From: Paragordius varius
Lineage: Eukaryota > Animalia > Nematomorpha
Length of the DNA stretch: 64,000 nucleotides
Direction of reading: 5' to 3'
NCBI GenBank assembly: GCA_964247055.1
Contig: OZ176051.1
Location: 5,766,001-5,830,000, forward strand
Positions 15,497 through 27,469 of the stretch are shown here, piece after piece (position 1 is the stretch's first letter; each line of letters starts with the position of its first letter). Position numbers and translations under genes: made by a program. The notes below the pieces were generated by a model. The model made no database searches and was not told the DNA's origin. It saw only the letters and a list, made by a program, of their open reading frames with translations.

Positions 15497-18400
15497 GAAA
15501 ATTTTTTTAACAGTTTGCATTTTTCAGACACCTTGTCTAAATAATACGCCTAAAATCCAAAAATTTTAATTTAAATAAAATTTGAAATAGTAGGTAAAAA
15601 ACCAAAATGATAATAGAGGTTTATAAAATTTTTCTAAATATATGTATATTACTTTTTCATTATTTTAATTTAAAATTCGTTAGATTTCGTAATTATTCTC
15701 CAATTTTAAACAATTAATTAGTTACTTGAAGAATTTTGACTAGATCGATTATTGTTATCAGTGTTAACAGATGTCGAAGAAGGCGGTGTTGCATTCCATA
15801 TTCCATATCTTTTCTTTTTCAATATGGAGGAAGTTGTAGAAGCGTTTGTTTCTGCCATGCTACTAAAAAATATTGCAAATTAATATTTTCATATATTATG
15901 AATAATATATGTGAAAACAATATGAATTTTATTTTAATTACCAAAGAAATTATATGGAATTAGTTAAATTTATCATCTATTTATGTTTATAACAAAACTT
16001 TTTATTGTTCCGATCTTCATTTTGATTATCAGCATTATTTAGGGATTGAGGTGGAGCTACCGTATCCAATAAGGCAACTAAATAATCACTAATAGGTGTA
16101 GAGGAAAAGGATTGATCTGAATTGCGGCGTAATAGGGGTTTTATATCTACATATTTATATTGTAAAAAATAATAAAAAAATTGATGAGTGTAATTCAAAT
16201 CAAAAGATAGAATGTTTTTTATTTTTATTTATCAAGGATAGTAGATTAAAAAACAATAATGTCTGAATTTATCAAGGCCGGACTTATGCGGTTTACACTT
16301 TGCTATATCGTTATAAAATTTCAAAATAATAGAAGCGGGTGATGGTTAATAAAATAACCCGGTTGATATAATAGCTTGTTTTTTAAGACCTTGAGTTCTG
16401 ATTTTAGGAAAGTGATTGTTTCAAATTAAACATATGTGTTCCATTTTTTAGGAGTTTTACGTTGTAGTTTTTAAGATTAAGTTTTCAACCAGTATTGAGC
16501 CTCCTAATGAGTCAAAAACATTGAAAATAAATTTATGTTTAAAATATATTTTATTGCACTGTAATAAAGGAATACCAAATATCCCCTGAAAATTTTGTTG
16601 AGTGCCAACATTTGTAGTTTGAATTGAATCATTAGATGTTACAGGGGGAGGATTTGTAGGGTTTATGCTAGATGACTCACAATTAGGTGGCGTATTTTTA
16701 AATGAAGTAGTAGATGTGCTTGTAAATCGTACTGAGGAAAGTATGGATGAAATGAACGCGTCCTAGTTAGTAATATTTAATAATATTTTAATTGACTTCA
16801 ACTAAAGCAAAATAATTTAAAATTATTTTTTGACTTATAAAATTTAGCTACCTCAGATGTATAGTGATTTGATGTGGTATTAGATGGTTTGCTATCGTTT
16901 TGAACGATGGAATTTACATCTAATAAAAAATGAAGTAATATAGAATGAAATGAAACATCAACTAAATAAATTTTATTTTTTAGTCACAATGTAAAATACC
17001 ATTTTTAGTTGCATCAGAATCCTGATTAGTTTCCCTGTCGCCTTTTGGCCTCTTTATTTCAATATCATCCGTAATCCGGATAGTTATTTGTTTTGATTTC
17101 GAAGGGCTAGATTGTGTAGTCTTTTCATTGCTAAATGTGTAAGGGTATATGTAATGATTTAACATGGTTAACATTATAATTGGGTGTGAAAGATTATGAA
17201 TGCAAATATTAATCTTTCGTGACTGTAACCGCTATGTTAACCATTTATAAACTTTTAAACAGATATTCTCACGCAATGTATTATATAGAATTTTATACAC
17301 TTTAAATTTTAAAAAATGAAAAAATTCTCAATTTTATTGTATTAAATGTATTGATATTCAATTTGAGGATAAAATTAATTCTACAATAACTGCTAATCAT
17401 CATAAATAACTTAATTCATAAGCATTCAAACCATTATCCTCTACTTTAGTCGGCATAATATTGAAAATATAATAACCAACCTCTGTTCATTTTTCCCAAT
17501 ACTGTCATCATTTTGCTGCAGGTTTTGCAAATTCAAAGTTTGTTCATATATTTGAGTTAGGTTATTTTTTGTATTGCTATTGGCATGGCGTTCTTCATCC
17601 ATTCTCTCAACGTTTGATTGGTTAGCAGTAATGGTTGTAATGGGTTTAAAATAATTTTCAAGCTTTTTCGATTTTTTAGCAGCCGATGTAATTTCAATTT
17701 TAATTTCATTATTATCCGACGTATTTTCCTTCCCGTGCGATTTGGTTTGTTCGTGTTTTTTATTGGCACTCTTTTTTCGGCTACTTTTATCATGGTGTAC
17801 ATCATGTTTGGAACGTGTATCCTTTTTATTTTCTTCAGTTCCTCCGTGGAATTTTTTAGATTTGGAATTATGTTTGGGATTAAAACTGCCCATAGTCGGA
17901 TCATCTAAAAATTAAATAAATTGGAGTTGTGTTAGTTCGACAGTCTTGTATATAAATAGGTTTTCATTCCTAAGATCAATGATCAAAGATTTTGAAAACA
18001 AAATTCATCTTAAAAATTTAAAGTAATTATTATATTTAAAAAAGGTTTATATTAAGTTAAACGTATATTAATATATTATTTATAATTTTATATCTAAGAT
18101 TCAACACCCCCACCTTTTTTACAAAAAAAAGATACGTCTCATTTAAGAAAGAAGAGTGATATATCCACTAGCGGCTTAGAAATTTTTGCTAACAAATCGC
18201 AAAAGTTTAAGTCGGAATTATGTCGCTTTTGTCATAATGTTTATTTATAGAGAATATATAAACCGATATACAGTAAAAACAAAAATATATGGGATAAGTA
18301 AAACTACATTTGAAAATAGGGGAAAGCATAAAGAATTCCCAAAAACCAATTATCCGTTCTCTTTTAATTTAAATATCAAATAATGAACATACCTGCATCC

Positions 18401-20119
18401 AAATAATGTCCTCGACCTCCACCATTTTTATTTCTTCGACGCCTTCGTAACCGTATATAGTTATCGTCTGCTGCTCTGTTATTACCACCTTCATCATCAT
18501 CAATAAAATCATCTGTGTTGTTGTTGTTGCTGTCGTCGACAATTATGTTGTTGTTGTTGTTTACATCTTCTTCCTCATCGTCAATCACGTGATCATCTTC
18601 GTCGTCATGGAAACGGTCGTCGTGGTAACCATCTTCTTCATCATCATCATCATAATCATCTTCACACTCTTCATCAATCTCGTCATCATCATCTTCGTCG
18701 TCATCTTCGTCGTAATCATCTGCATCAGCGTCCTCTTCATCATCCATTTCATCATCATCGTCTTCATCGTCATCATCAAAGGCATCGGCGACATCAGCAT
18801 CAGCTGTGTTTGTAGTTACAGCGCTCGTTGCCATAGCAATGGCATCTTCTTCTTCATCGCGACTCAGGACATTGTTCACGGCAATGTTAATATCCAAATT
18901 CTATATGTGATTTGTAAATACACTAGCGTATATAAAGCATAATTTGTCTTGATATCAAAAAATGTTTTTTGTCGCTTTTTACCCACATGTTACCATGTAT
19001 GACATTGGCCAAAATGCCGGATTCTCACTGCATATGTGTGGTGTGCCAGACTTGGAATCTTTAATTTCACAAAATTTTCAAAACCAATGTCGCCCTGGAT
19101 AGGCGAGTGTTAAAGCAAGTAATAAATAGGAGAAAAGTAATTCTGTATATTTTACATGGGGTGGTGAGAGCAAAAGTTAAATAGCAAGAAAAAATTCCAT
19201 AAATTTATAATGCAACAAAAAAATGAGACTATAAAGTATATATTATATATTAACAATGTAGTAGGTAGAGGTTAATGTAAAATACATTTAAATTTAAACT
19301 ATTATGGATTTGTATTGAGTAAATATATGAATTAGATACCAAATAAAATTTAAATCAAAAACTTGCATTAGTGGAGATATAAAATGCGTAAAAAACGAAT
19401 GCGACCATTTTAATATAAATATACTCTACTAACTAAAATAAGTAAGATTAAAAACCTTAAAAATTATATTCTCCAGTAATATTACACAAAATAAAATACT
19501 TAAAACATTTTAAAAAAAGTAACAATATAATATACCGCTCGTTGTAATTCACGAATTATCACACCCCGCGATTTTCCTTGCAAAACATTTTGAGCCTCTT
19601 GTATCAATTCTTCAGGGACACTCGATGCAGGTATAATAGATCTTTGAAGCAAAAATCCGCTCGTATTTCTAAGACAAGTCGGTAAACGTCTAACACGCGA
19701 TTTACTTGAACTTGTGTTTGAAACATTCGATGTTTGTTTAACATCAGGTTCAATTTTAATTACCCTAAAAATTAAATTAAAAAAAACAACTTTTTTATAG
19801 TAGGTTTATTTTCTTGGATAGATTTTATTAGATAATCAATTCTGCATATAGTTCCATCCTAAATAAAAATTATGTGGATAAAATTGGTAGGATAAAAGCA
19901 AAAAATTACCTCAAATAAAAAAACAAAATGTCGTCGAGATATTAGACACTTGATTATTTTGTGTTTACTAATACTTTCAAAGACTTTTGGCAAAGAAAAT
20001 TGCTGTTTTGATATTTTCTGGCATATATCTTGTAATCTAAAGTGTAAACTAAAATCAAACCTATTATGCAAATCTTTTTCTGTTTTTGGGACCAAAAAAT
20101 TTGTACACACTAAACTCAT
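161..20119 (-). CDS. UBR5: E3 ubiquitin ligase UBR5/hyperplastic discs (EDD), multi-exon; 3' part including HECT domain lies beyond the left edge
   Basis: Spliced exons match UBR5 motifs in order: N-terminus ([37 protein letters not shown]); UBA domain ([50 protein letters not shown]); [16 protein letters not shown]; ALYW; [19 protein letters not shown]; [17 protein letters not shown]; [16 protein letters not shown]; UBR box; [19 protein letters not shown]; [24 protein letters not shown] at 20119. Confidence 0.95.
448..892. mobile_element. MITE family A (TATACCATTTAC-like termini, 21-bp subterminal repeats), intronic in UBR5
   Basis: Left tatatcatttacac, right gtaaatggtata; inverted cactcttaaacaattcaaatt / aatttgaattgtttaagggtg units; related copies at 6481, 9667 and 63457. 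Confidence 0.7.
1236..1279. repeat. (TA)n microsatellite at a UBR5 splice acceptor
   Basis: TA run directly upstream (minus strand) of tatag|atgag acceptor. Other (TA)n runs near 2050, 5243, 15283, 15445, 24519. Confidence 0.9.
3137..3715. mobile_element. piggyBac-like MITE flanked by TTAA
   Basis: TTAA|CATTTGG ... CGAAGTG|TTAA; homologous inverted copy at 48323-48830. Confidence 0.65.
3789..3948 (-). CDS. UBR5: UBR-box zinc-finger exon of UBR5 (absent from ORF track)
   Basis: AG/GT-bounded exon translates [49 protein letters not shown], the Cys/His pattern of the UBR5 UBR box. Confidence 0.95.
6481..6776. mobile_element. MITE family A copy
   Basis: tatacc ... ggtata termini; inverted arrays of cacccttgaacaattcaaatt. 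Confidence 0.75.
7133..7465. mobile_element. hAT (Charlie-like) MITE
   Basis: caggggtgtccaac ... gttggacactcc termini with gcggccc subterminal motifs; relatives at 28135 and 53039. Confidence 0.65.
9667..9950. mobile_element. MITE family A copy, degraded
   Basis: Same inverted subrepeats and the ttatgtgttttt / aaaacacataa inverted pair. Confidence 0.6.
12360..14297. mobile_element. Fold-back element (~1.94 kb) with TA target duplication, in a UBR5 intron
   Basis: TA|CAGTCATG ... CATGACTG|TA; outer arms (~12360-12960 vs ~13710-14297) are near-identical inverted copies; internal ~100-bp tandem units (caggtaaaaattgcggtttttaa); no ORF. Confidence 0.9.
14829..15059. mobile_element. Short palindromic MITE related to the 12360-14297 fold-back
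   Basis: TA|GAGTCATG ... GATGACTG|TA; shares tttggtaaagaa...aaaaaacaagagc..tatggta with the large element. Confidence 0.8.
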
Positions 20120-20215
20120 TTTTTTACAGTGGAATAAATGACTGTATGAAACTAATGTGATCGAATTCTCTAGAATACTAAAATTATCTATTACTTACTA
20201 GGTGGCCTTATATAT

Positions 20216-20453
20216 TGTTACATATGCAATTTTAAATATATATTTTGTATGTATGATATAGTTTTTAGTGAGATTTGCATCGTCTTATTTTTATATTTTT
20301 GTGTTAAACAACATATCCATTAGTTACTCAAATTTTATTTGTTTTATTTGATATCATGCAAATTATGATCACTTAAAAATATTATATAAAGGGTATAAAA
20401 AAATGAATAAGTATCTTTAAGTTTTACGATTTATACTTTTGTTACTTTTTACA
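20216..20453 (+). repeat. 5' LTR (238 bp, TG...CA)
   Basis: tgttacatatgcaa ... gttactttttaca; direct repeat of 24307-24521. Confidence 0.9.
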
Positions 20454-23400
20454 TTTGGTGGCCAATTGAATTCCGAACTAAGCTAATGCTAGTGGAGGTT
20501 TTACCGATATGCGAACAAACATGACAACGCCAATCGCCAATCTCGCTAACTTATGCATCGAAAATATAATGATAAAGTTTGAGGAAAACGTTGATTATAT
20601 GACAAATGTTTAGGAGGCGAAAGATATCTATGTAACAGAACAGGCTCTCTAAACAACTTTGCTTGACTATAGTAGTCTATTGGTTGTGCGAAAAAAAAAT
20701 CAACGACTGTATCCTAAATATATAAAAGATGCATCATGGAGCGATATAATGGCAACAGCCCTAAAAGTATTTAATCCCACAAAATCAAAATTTCAAAGGA
20801 GATTTTTTTTGACTTGTGCGGAGCAACGCTGAATCTTTCCTTCAATTTTTAGTACGGGTTAAGATGCAACCGCAATCGGAAATCGATATGGTATCCCGAT
20901 GCCAAGATCAAAGGACAACCCGTGCATTTAGAAACGATAGTAAATCTCGCACTATACAAGGCTGCTAGGGCTGGCCTTCATAACAATAATGATAATACCA
21001 AGTATAACAATGGTAATAATTTTAATCGATTACAACACACCAATAATAATAAGGCCATGCGTTCACGACAGCCAACAGCAAAACCCCTAACACATTCGTG
21101 CAATCGTTGTGGGAGTAGCCATCGACCAAACAAATGTCCTGCCTGGAACCGCAAATGCAATAAATGTGGAACACCCAACGACTTTGCTAAAATGTGTCGA
21201 TCAAAAAACGCTGCGAAGAGTATGTTCAACCGCCAGATCCATAGAAAAGCATTGCCAACCTGACCATATACTGTAAGAATAATGATTAACAACACAGAAC
21301 AAATATTTATCTATGACACTGGAGCTGACATCCGTGTAATCAACTTTGAGACCTGGAACTAGTAGGCAAGCCAAATATTAGACCCATACCGCCAGAGCCT
21401 ACAATAATAGTATAGTGCCTCTACTGGGCGTAACAACAGTCACATTGCAAATCAATGGGCAAACTTGGAGGACGCAGAATGTTGTGTATTGAAAGAAAAA
21501 ATATCAAAGGCACCGCTTATTTGTGGCTTGATTGGATCACGAGATTCAAGATCGATATTCCTAAAGTACGTTATTGTTAAACTTGATAAAATTATTGAAA
21601 ATTTTCCTAATCTATTTAAAGAATAATTAGGCTGTTACATTGAGCCGGTTACATAGCATCCAATGCCTCCCCAGAAGTTTGACCTTGCCGCCGAGCACTA
21701 TTTCCCCTAAGAGCAAAAGTTGAAAACGAATTGCTAAGATTACAAAAGTTAAACATTTTGGAGCCAATAGACCCCAACCTTACACCTCTGACATGAGCCA
21801 CGCCCACCGTTAATGTGCTAAAAGCGAATGGAGAGCTAAGAATTGTAGCGATTTTAGAGTTACGATTACCAAGTGGCTAACTGAGGACTCTCATATCATT
21901 CCAACGTTGATTTAGTAAGTAAGATTGGCGAAGGCCAAGTTTTCACTAAGATTGATCTGAAAGATGCCTATCTACAAATGCCCATAACTAAAGAATCACA
22001 ACACATCCTAACAATTGCAACTCACAAGGGATTTTTCCGCTACAGAAGGATGCCTTTCAGACTGTCAACAGCACCAATAATTTTTCAAAGAGTCATGGAC
22101 CAGGTTATAAAAGATTGTCCCGGCACTTGTGCATATTTAGATGATGTTTTAGTAACTGGCAAATCTGAACAGGAACATTTGATAAATCTTAATAATGTTT
22201 TAAATCGGTTAGAATTAGCAGGTTTTAGATTAGGAAAAGATAAAATAAAAATTGGTGAACCTTCAGTAAGTTATCTAGGATTTGAAATAAGTAATAAAGG
22301 TATAACTCCTTGCAAGAATAAAGTAAAAGCAATCAATAATTTTATAAAACCTGTGGATAAAAAATCTTTTAAAAGTTTTTTTGGATTTTTAACGTTCATG
22401 AAAGATTTGTACCCAAGCTTCAATCGATTGTATGATTTACATAGTTTAACAAGTAAGAACGTCAGATGAAACTGGTCGGAAAAACACGAGAAAAGTTGGA
22501 AAGCAGCGAAGGAATTATTAAGTGAACATGTATTTTTAACACCATATAATCCGGATAGAAATTTAGTAATTGAAACCGATGCCTCAGACATAGGGTTTGG
22601 ATGTATTTTAAGTCATGTAGTAAATGGTGAAAGGAAACCCATTGCCTATGGTTCAAGAAAATGTAGTACCGCAGAATCAAACTATTCCACGATGGAAAGG
22701 GAATTAAAGGCTATTGTTTTTGCATTAGAAAAGTTTTATAACTTCGTTTATGGTAGAAAGCTTGAAATTTTGACAGACCACTTACCACTGGTTAGGTTGA
22801 TAAATAGGGATAGATATTTAAAGAAATTCAGAATGCGAAAGTTTTAAGATGGGTTAACCGACTGAATGATTATGATTTTGATTTATCAGGCGGGTCCAAA
22901 AAATAGAGCCGATTACTTGTGAAAATGCCCCGGGAAGATAATGTTTACACAATTGATACGGATTACATGGTAACGAGACATCTTAGGTTTCTAAGTTGTC
23001 ATAACGTTCATTTAAGTCGAGATGAGATCCGGAGAGAGTCAAGGATAAAATTTTGCAGAAGGTAATCAAGGCTATTCATAATCAAGATTGGAGTGATGTT
23101 GAGTTAGCTGGGTTTACGAACCGCAAAGAAGAAATTTCGTATTAATACGGATTCCTAAGTTTGAACGATCGAATCATTATTTCGGAAAGTTAACAGGCGA
23201 GTGTGGTTAATTATTTGCACAACGACATAATAATGTAGAAACGATGAAAGCAATGGCAAGGTTTACATGTTTTTGGTCAAAGTTAGAATACGATTTGGTA
23301 AGAAGGTACAAATGTAGTTCGTGTCAGGCAAACAAACCAAGCCTATGTGAAAACCCCACTTACCAATGGGATCCAAATGCTGCAATATGGGAGCACATAC

Positions 23401-24306
23401 ACATTGATATAGCTGGACCAGTAGACGGGTATTTTTGGTTGTTGTTGATGGATAGCGCATCAAAATGGTCGGAAGGGTTCATGTTAAAACGGGTTACTTC
23501 GGTAAATATATTGCACAAACAAAAGGAAACCTTTGCCAGGTTTGGGTTTCCGGGGACGGTAATAAGTGATAACGCTTCTTACTTCAATAATTCGTGCTTT
23601 ATATCAACCCTGACAAACTTGGGAATTAAGCACGTGAGGGTAACCCCCTATCATTTTAAAAGTAATGGGATGGTAGAATGGTTAGTGGGGACCCTAAAAG
23701 GCAAGTATAGAAAAATCAAAAATTATAATATTACACTACAGGAAGCTTTTAATACTACCTTATGGTTACCGTAACTCAATTCATGCTACCATAAAAGAAA
23801 CCCCCTTTTAACTACTCTTTAAACGAGTATCCCAAACACCCCTGACCTGAATTAACACATCAACAACAGTCTTAGACGCACCCCGTCCGCGTCGTGAGTT
23901 TTCAATAGACCAACGCATAATGATGAAAAACGAACAAAGTCCTGGATGGCGAGCCGGCGAGGTTGTTGATAGTTGTCTTCTTTCGTACAGTGTGTGGGAT
24001 CAGGAAAACCAGAAGATGGTCAGAAAGCACGCGGACCAGTTGAAACACGTAGACCCACCCGTCAACTCAACTACACCGGTTACTCAAAACAATAGTAATG
24101 ATAGTAATAACGACAATAACAGTAATAATAATGATAACAGTGTTGACAATAATAGTAATGACAATAATAATGATAAAATAAATGATAATAATAATGAAAG
24201 TAATGATAATATTAATAGCAATAATGACAATATAAAATCCGCACGAGCGTCGTTACCCTGAGAAAATTCGGCGGAAGCCGGTTCGGTTCTCCTAAGGGTG
24301 TAGTGA

Positions 24307-24513
24307 TGTTACATATGCAAATTTTACATATATATTTTGTATGTATGATATAGTTTTAGTAAGATTTGCATTGTCTTATTTTTATATTTTGTATTGTGTA
24401 AATAAAACCTTATTATTTGATATTATGCAAATTATGTTTTCTTAAAAATAGTTTATAAAGAGTAGAAAAAAACGAATAAATATCTTTAAAGTTTTACGAT
24501 TTATATTTTTGTT

Positions 24514-24521
<8 letters not shown>
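24307..24521 (+). repeat. 3' LTR, diverged with an internal deletion, running into (TA)n
   Basis: Alignable to the 5' LTR along its length; followed by a TA run to ~24583. Confidence 0.9.
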
Positions 24522-24587
<66 letters not shown>

Positions 24588-25093
24588 TTTATAATAGAGC
24601 AATCATATTCTGATTGTATCTATTATAAATCTCTAATAAATAGCCCGCTAAAGAGATTTTAAAAGGGGCCTCTGAAGTTTTTAAATATAAAGATTTGGTT
24701 TTTAAGCGCTTTCATTAATTGTTTTTAGGTTATCCAAATGATTTGGGATACTTTTAAATATAATATATATATTTAATATTTTCATGGAATGAGCTTTTAA
24801 GTTTTTGAAGATATCCACAAATAAATTATTAGACACACATTTCTTTCAGCCCTTTGATTCAAATAGGTCGTTAATGAAACCAGGTCTGTTCAAAATATAT
24901 ATGAAAATATGGAATGATACTATTGCATTGCACCTACATAAAGTCTATGAACCAAAATATTCAAAAAACTAGCTTGATATTACTTGCACAATGTATACAA
25001 AAAAATAACATAACGAAATATTTAAATTCCGATGAAAATGTCAGAAATCCCATGCTTTTTGTTTAGAGGCTTTGATATAAAAAAGACACTGTG

Positions 25094-27075
25094 TAAGTGC
25101 TCCATATCTAGCGAAATTTGAGGACATTTTTTGTTATAAATTTTTTTGATGAAAGCTAATTGCTTCTTTCCGAAAAATCACTAAAATCAAAATAATATTA
25201 TTTATAATATTTTTTAGAAGTAAGCTCCAATAGTCCTAAAAAAGTTTTCCTCTCCTAAACGGACTAGTTCTTTCAAAATAAACAAAATATGCCGGGGTTG
25301 CGCGATATAATATATGCTAATTTTGACGTCAAAAAAATATTTTTAAAAACTAGAGAGTTTCAGAAAGAATTATACATGTGTTTCATTGATTACACACAAG
25401 CCTTCGATTCGATTAATTATGACTCCTTGTGGGAAACATTAATATTAGTAGGGGTATCGTCCCATTTAATAAGATTGATTAGCTCTCTCTATGTAAAACA
25501 AAGAGCGATTATAAGAACATCAGCGGGGGACACAGAAGAAATACCTATCTTGAAAGGAGTCAGACAAGGGTGTTGCTTATCCCCTTATCTGTTCAATATG
25601 TGCACGACAGAAATGATAATGAGAAAGTTAGATGGTAAAAATATTGGAAGAATAGGAGGGAGAACAATCAATAATTTAAGGTTTGCAGACGATACCACTC
25701 TTATAGCTGAAAGTGTAAATGATTTAAAGGAATTGATCGAAGAGATTCGAAAGTAAAGTTTGAGTTATGGTCTTATGCTTAACCCTAACAAAACCAAAAT
25801 ATTATGTACTAGATAAAAGCCTACAATTATTATAGATGGAGTGGAAATAGAAGTAGTTAAACAATTAACGTTTTTGGGTGCAGTAATTTCCGAGGATGGG
25901 CCTTCAACCCTGACATCAGAAAGAGAATAGGATTGGGTAAAGAAGCGATGACCAAACTAATAAAGATTTGGAAAAACAAAAGCGTAGGTGTTGCTGTTTT
26001 GTTCTCCCGGTCACAACATATGGTTGTGAGAGCTGGACTCTCAGAAAAAGAGACAAAGAAAGGCTCATGGCTTTTGAAAGGACTAGCGTAGGATGCTAGG
26101 ATACACCTGGAAGGATTTAAAAATGGAAATCTAACTACAGAAATAAAGCTTAAAACAAACATCACCTGGAGATAATTCTAAAAAGAAATTAAACATATTT
26201 TGGTCATGTCATGCGATCGAATTCTCTAGAGAAAGATACAATGTTTGGGAAGGTAGAAGGACAAAGGAAACGAGGCCGACGATGAGGTGGTTGGATATGA
26301 TATAAGAGGAGACTAAAATGACATTGAACGATTTCAATCTAGCGGTAAAAGATATAAGAAAGTGGAAAGAAATAGTGAAAACTATATCCAAAAAGTCGTT
26401 TACGACTTTGGAACCAACCAACCATCTTTTTTACAAAAATTTAGTTTTTAGCGAAATTTTGTTGAAGCGTACTTCTTCCTTTTTTTAGGCATAAACGATA
26501 TAAAAAAGCTTTTAGATATTAATTTGATGATGATGAAAATTTTTATCACTTCACAATTTAGATTAAAAATTCGTTTAATAATGTATGTCAAATATAGTTT
26601 TATATAAAAATTCACTAAATTTTGAAAGTAAGCAAACCATTAAAGACATCATAAAATTATATAAAAAAAGTGTTTTTACTATATCTAAAAGCGTTTTTTT
26701 ACCGTTTCCATTATGCCTAAAAATAGCAGGAAGAACGCTTAAACAAAATTTGCTAAAAATTCAATATTCTAAAAGTATTCAATTTTTTAAAAAAAATTTT
26801 TTTTATAAAATTTAGATTATAATCAAAAATTTTAATGCGGAATTCCATCTTTTTTGCGTTTATTTTAAAAGAATTAGCCCGTTTAGAAGAGCAAAAAATT
26901 TGAAACTTTAGGAGCCCACCTTAAAAATTAAAATATTAAATATTGTTTTGCTTTTAATAAGTAGTTCATGATATATTTTAGTGACTTTTTAAAATGAAGC
27001 GTTTAACTTTCATCAAAAAAATTTAATTACAAAAAATATGGTCAAATTTTGCCATTTTCTGATATGGAGCACTTA
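25094..27075. mobile_element. Non-autonomous long-TIR element hosting a LINE
   Basis: taagtgctccatatc ... gatatggagcactta termini; arms ~25094-25330 and ~26800-27075 are diverged inverted copies; another terminus near 55864. Confidence 0.7.
25331..26424 (+). mobile_element. 5'-truncated, decayed non-LTR retrotransposon (RTE-like) RT fragment
   Basis: CFIDYTQAFDSI, KGVRQGCCLSPYLFN, NLRFADDTTL; C-terminal FGHVMR and GKVEGQRKRGRP; 3' end gtttacgacttt followed by aacc repeats. Confidence 0.88.
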
Positions 27076-27469
27076 GCACAAATGTAATAACAATATCACT
27101 CGTATGGACCAACACCAAAAAAACCATGCCTGCCACATTTTTCTATCAGAATATATTTATTTCATCAGGTATTTTTTCATGACCACCGATGTACACTGTG
27201 TTATTGTATGGATAAACATGAAAGTCAAAATTAAGCCATATAATAAATATGTGTGCAATAGCTAAATACAAAATAATGCAAACCACTTCTTCTGTTTATA
27301 TTATTTTATTTTAAACCATTTATATCGTTGGATTCAAAAAACATTTTGTCAAAATATTGTAAAAATGGTCGCGAAGTAGTATGATATGGACCAAACATGA
27401 AATTTTATCTATTTTTATTTTATAGTTTTTATTAATATAAAAACATAGTTTCTCAGTTGGAATCGAATT

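Larger units (their letters stand above)
20216..24521 (+). mobile_element. Decayed Ty3/gypsy LTR retrotransposon
   Basis: Gag CCHC knuckles (CNRCGSSHRPNKCPAWNRKCNKCG), protease (YDTGAD), RT (YLDDVLV), RNase H (ETDASDIG), integrase (HIDIAGP) in gypsy order, with stops/frameshifts; paired LTRs; TGG-starting PBS-like sequence at 20456; purine-rich tract before the 3' LTR; tatat on both flanks. Confidence 0.95.

Noticed and set aside
17461-17480. Non-canonical 20-nt GT-AA intron in UBR5
   Set aside because: A canonical in-phase AG acceptor exists at 17131-17132.
18585-18942. Met-rich and Ile/Val-rich ORFs (18585-18800, 18589-18942)
   Set aside because: Alternate-frame and antisense shadows of the GAT/GAC-rich UBR5 exon.
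20159-20174. 16-nt exact match (gatcgaattctctaga) to the LINE at 26215-26230
   Set aside because: Similarity does not extend; plausible by chance in a 64-kb window.
20978-21295. Minus-strand ORFs inside the gypsy element (also 22271-22591, 22462-22680, 23263-23463)
   Set aside because: Antisense shadows of gag/pol with no independent evidence.
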